A program made the translations under genes and the position numbers. From NCBI GenBank assembly GCA_973895155.1, contig OZ316893.1, positions 19,720,857-19,784,856 of the forward strand: a stretch of 64,000 bases of DNA. The letters are read 5' to 3'. This DNA is from Marsupella aquatica. Lineage: Eukaryota > Plantae > Marchantiophyta. Below the pieces are notes generated by a model. The model was not told the DNA's origin, did no database searches, and saw only the letters and a list, made by a program, of their open reading frames with translations. Shown one piece after another: positions 61,527 to 64,000 of this stretch. Numbering within the stretch: the first letter of the stretch is position 1; the number at the start of each line of letters is the position of its first letter.

Positions 61527-64000
61527 CCCACCTCCACCACTCTTCCTATGAAAGACCTCCTTCTTTCGTCTTCCACAACTCTCTTAAGTCCCCTGTGAGC
61601 CGGAAGGCAACGAACGCCCGCCCGACCCACAACTCGGCCACACAAGACACGACCTGACGGGAGAAGTCCCGTCCAGCCCTTCTCAATTTGATGCAAGAGA
61701 CTACTGTCAAGATCTAGACTTAGATCTGCGTGGAGAATGGATCCAAACGAGCCCTTCGTCGAGACAATGAAGCATTCTTCCTCGGGATCTCACCGGCTTG
61801 GTGCAATTAGTACCGGCCCTGTTGTTACACAGCAATCCACTAATGTAGATTGTCTTCCCAGTCTGAGGAAAACCACACACCCCTGAAATAAATGAGCAAC
61901 ACAGAAAGACCAAGTACAAAAGGTCACGCAGAGGGTCCAGATCGACGGCTGCTTTCTCCGAATTGAGCCGAACCACCTCCAGAACCGTCGATCAGGTCCA
62001 GCAATAGAGCAGAGGGCAACGAGCCGACCTACTTGGTTCGAACACCGAAGAGCTTGCTTTTCACTGTGGGTTTGTTCGTCCCCATGCAGACAGACAGCAG
62101 ACAAGCAGACAGCCCAACAGCAGCCCAACAGACAAACAGAACGCAGCACCAGAAAGATGCAGAAAAGCACTCAAAGGAGCAAAACAGTAGGCCCCCCGTA
62201 TCAATTCTGAAGTCCCATAGTCCTCGTCCAGCTTGAACCGACCATTTACCAAGAATTCCCTCGTGTGCACAAATGGTGTTGTTGCAGTAGCATCTATCGT
62301 CACCGTTGATCACAGCTCCCACCCTCCCGCCTATTTAATACGCTAGATGAGCAGCTACAGGAAGCTGAGGATGACAATTGAGCCGGGTCATTCATCCATA
62401 GACAATTCTGTAATTCTGTTCCTGCAAAGCTCACCGATTGCGCAACAGAGCATGATGACCCGCTTCGTGAGATGGATCATGAGACTAGTGATAGATGACC
62501 AGGCCAGATTCTTTCCAGGGTCACGTCTGACTGATGACCTCTCCTGACAGTAGAATTATACAGTAGAATTATCTGCATGGGGTGCAGAGTCCATTGCCTA
62601 CTATTGTAGGTGGGCAAATCAACGAGACGCAAAAAAAGATTGTCTTGCTTCAGATTGTCTTGCTTCAGATCGACAGTGGTTTTAGCTTTTGTCCCCTCTC
62701 TTTCTTCCTTTTCGTTTCTTCTACTGTGGGAGAAGAATGATCGCGTTTGTACTCTTTCTGGTACAGTACTGAAGTGAAAAGCGCACTGTCAACAAAAGAG
62801 AACACTAAGATAATAGTAAGGTTTGCACATTATTATGCAACTACCCAGGTGTTTCTCTGATGAATGCTGCTCACCTGTACTGAAGTACCTCCGACTACCC
62901 CAAAGCACTGGACCAGTGCCAGTGCTTAGTCCCGGTCAGGGCTGTGGAATTAAGTTTCTAAGCTGAAGGAAAGAGAAAGGTGGCTATAGTTTTTAGTTAT
63001 TTGTTCTTACCCCAAAAAACCCCCCAAAAGTATTTTACTACAAATGTTGTTGAAAATGGTGCTCCCTTGGCGTGAGGAGTGAACCATGTAATCTCCATAA
63101 CACCATTTACATCTTCACTCATTGAAGCCCTTTTGGTTTCCAGAAATGACAAAGTTCGACCATCAATATCTCCTATGATGCCCAACTGATCAGCTATACC
63201 TCCCATATATAAGGGCAAAAATATGCCATACAGCTATTGAAATGCAAGAAAAAGCAGACAATAAATTGTGTGTGTAAGGGTTTTGGGATGTGTAGGTGGA
63301 GGGGCGTGTCTCCCTTGGTTTTGTTTGGTAAGTATACAGCAGCACCACAATACACAGATTCTATATTTGTCCATGGCAGTTTGCATACATTGGACTAGCA
63401 GTTCCCTCAGGTAAAATTGTTAAATTTTTGGGAAACTCCATAGCTCTAATTTGATTTGATGTTGTGAATTGAGATGTGAGAGCTGAAACCAACTTCTTAT
63501 TTGTGGAAACCAGCTTGGCATGGTTGTAGCATTAGTCTTCATGATGGTGTTTTAGGGAGGCTGTCCCGGAACTCATTCCATATGTTATATCACCAAGTTT
63601 CCTATGTGTAAAATCAGCAAGTTGAAGTCAGGGCCCATAGTGTTCTTGGCTCAAAGTCCTGCAAGTTGGATAGTTAGTCTAGACTTTTGACATATCATTA
63701 GGTGTTTGCATACATTGGACTAGCATACATTTCTACGCATTGTTAACTTGTTGGCAGTGGTTCATTTGGCGATGGTGAGGCAGTGATGACTGATTGGTGA
63801 GGAAAGATAATTAAAACTTCTCTGGTATTAATTGGGGTCGAATGGGCTGCTCAGGACCCAAGTCTCTTGCCATGACACTGAGCCCTTGCCGCCCCGGTTC
63901 TCTTTGTGGGCTACTTTGGCCTTTCCGTCCTAGCATGCCTTCACTTGCCTCCTGGTTTCATCAAGGGATTAGTGAAATATAGGCCTTTGTATTAGCCAGG

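Noticed and set aside
61530-62330. Several 60-126 aa ORFs upstream of ISS1, first suspected as an N-terminal extension or LINE ORF1
   Set aside because: An in-frame stop precedes the ISS1 ATG. The region reads better as 5' UTR with an intron and a TATA-like TATTAAATA near 62335.
62452-62548. Box C (ATGATGA) ... box D (CTGA) snoRNA candidate
   Set aside because: No convincing terminal stem, and I could not recognise an rRNA/snRNA-complementary guide; snoscan would be needed.

Overview
Eukaryotic, intron-rich land-plant nuclear DNA. A bryophyte, most likely a liverwort, is inferred from gene content, long GA-rich leaders and TE types; this is not proven. Five protein-coding genes could be reconstructed across GT-AG introns: (1) a ~33-exon KDM5/JARID1-type H3K4 demethylase (JMJ17-like, 8813-24585 +); (2) ribosomal protein eL30/RPL30 (28519-29860 +); (3) a carbonyl-reductase-type SDR (43544-45648 +); (4) a two-RRM RNA-binding protein (51105-55368 +) whose last intron is U12-type; (5) aromatic aminotransferase ISS1/VAS1 (57793-61526 -). 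Intergenic DNA is full of TE relics: a pogo/DDE_1 transposase pseudogene, a CRE-like RLE non-LTR retrotransposon plus a truncated sister copy, LINE tails, LTR fragments and a ~122-bp hairpin-rich tandem array. The most notable observations are: a 4.19-kb TG...CA element with a perfect 5-bp TSD that looks like a solo LTR yet carries a long decayed gene interrupted by an 8-bp-TSD MITE; a K-loop (kink-turn-type) hairpin in an RPL30 intron that may be an autoregulatory site; a tandem array of SUMO-consensus motifs in the KDM5 linker; a candidate poison exon in the RRM gene; and a hammerhead-like core in the KDM5 leader. All coordinates were counted by hand and no database search was run.
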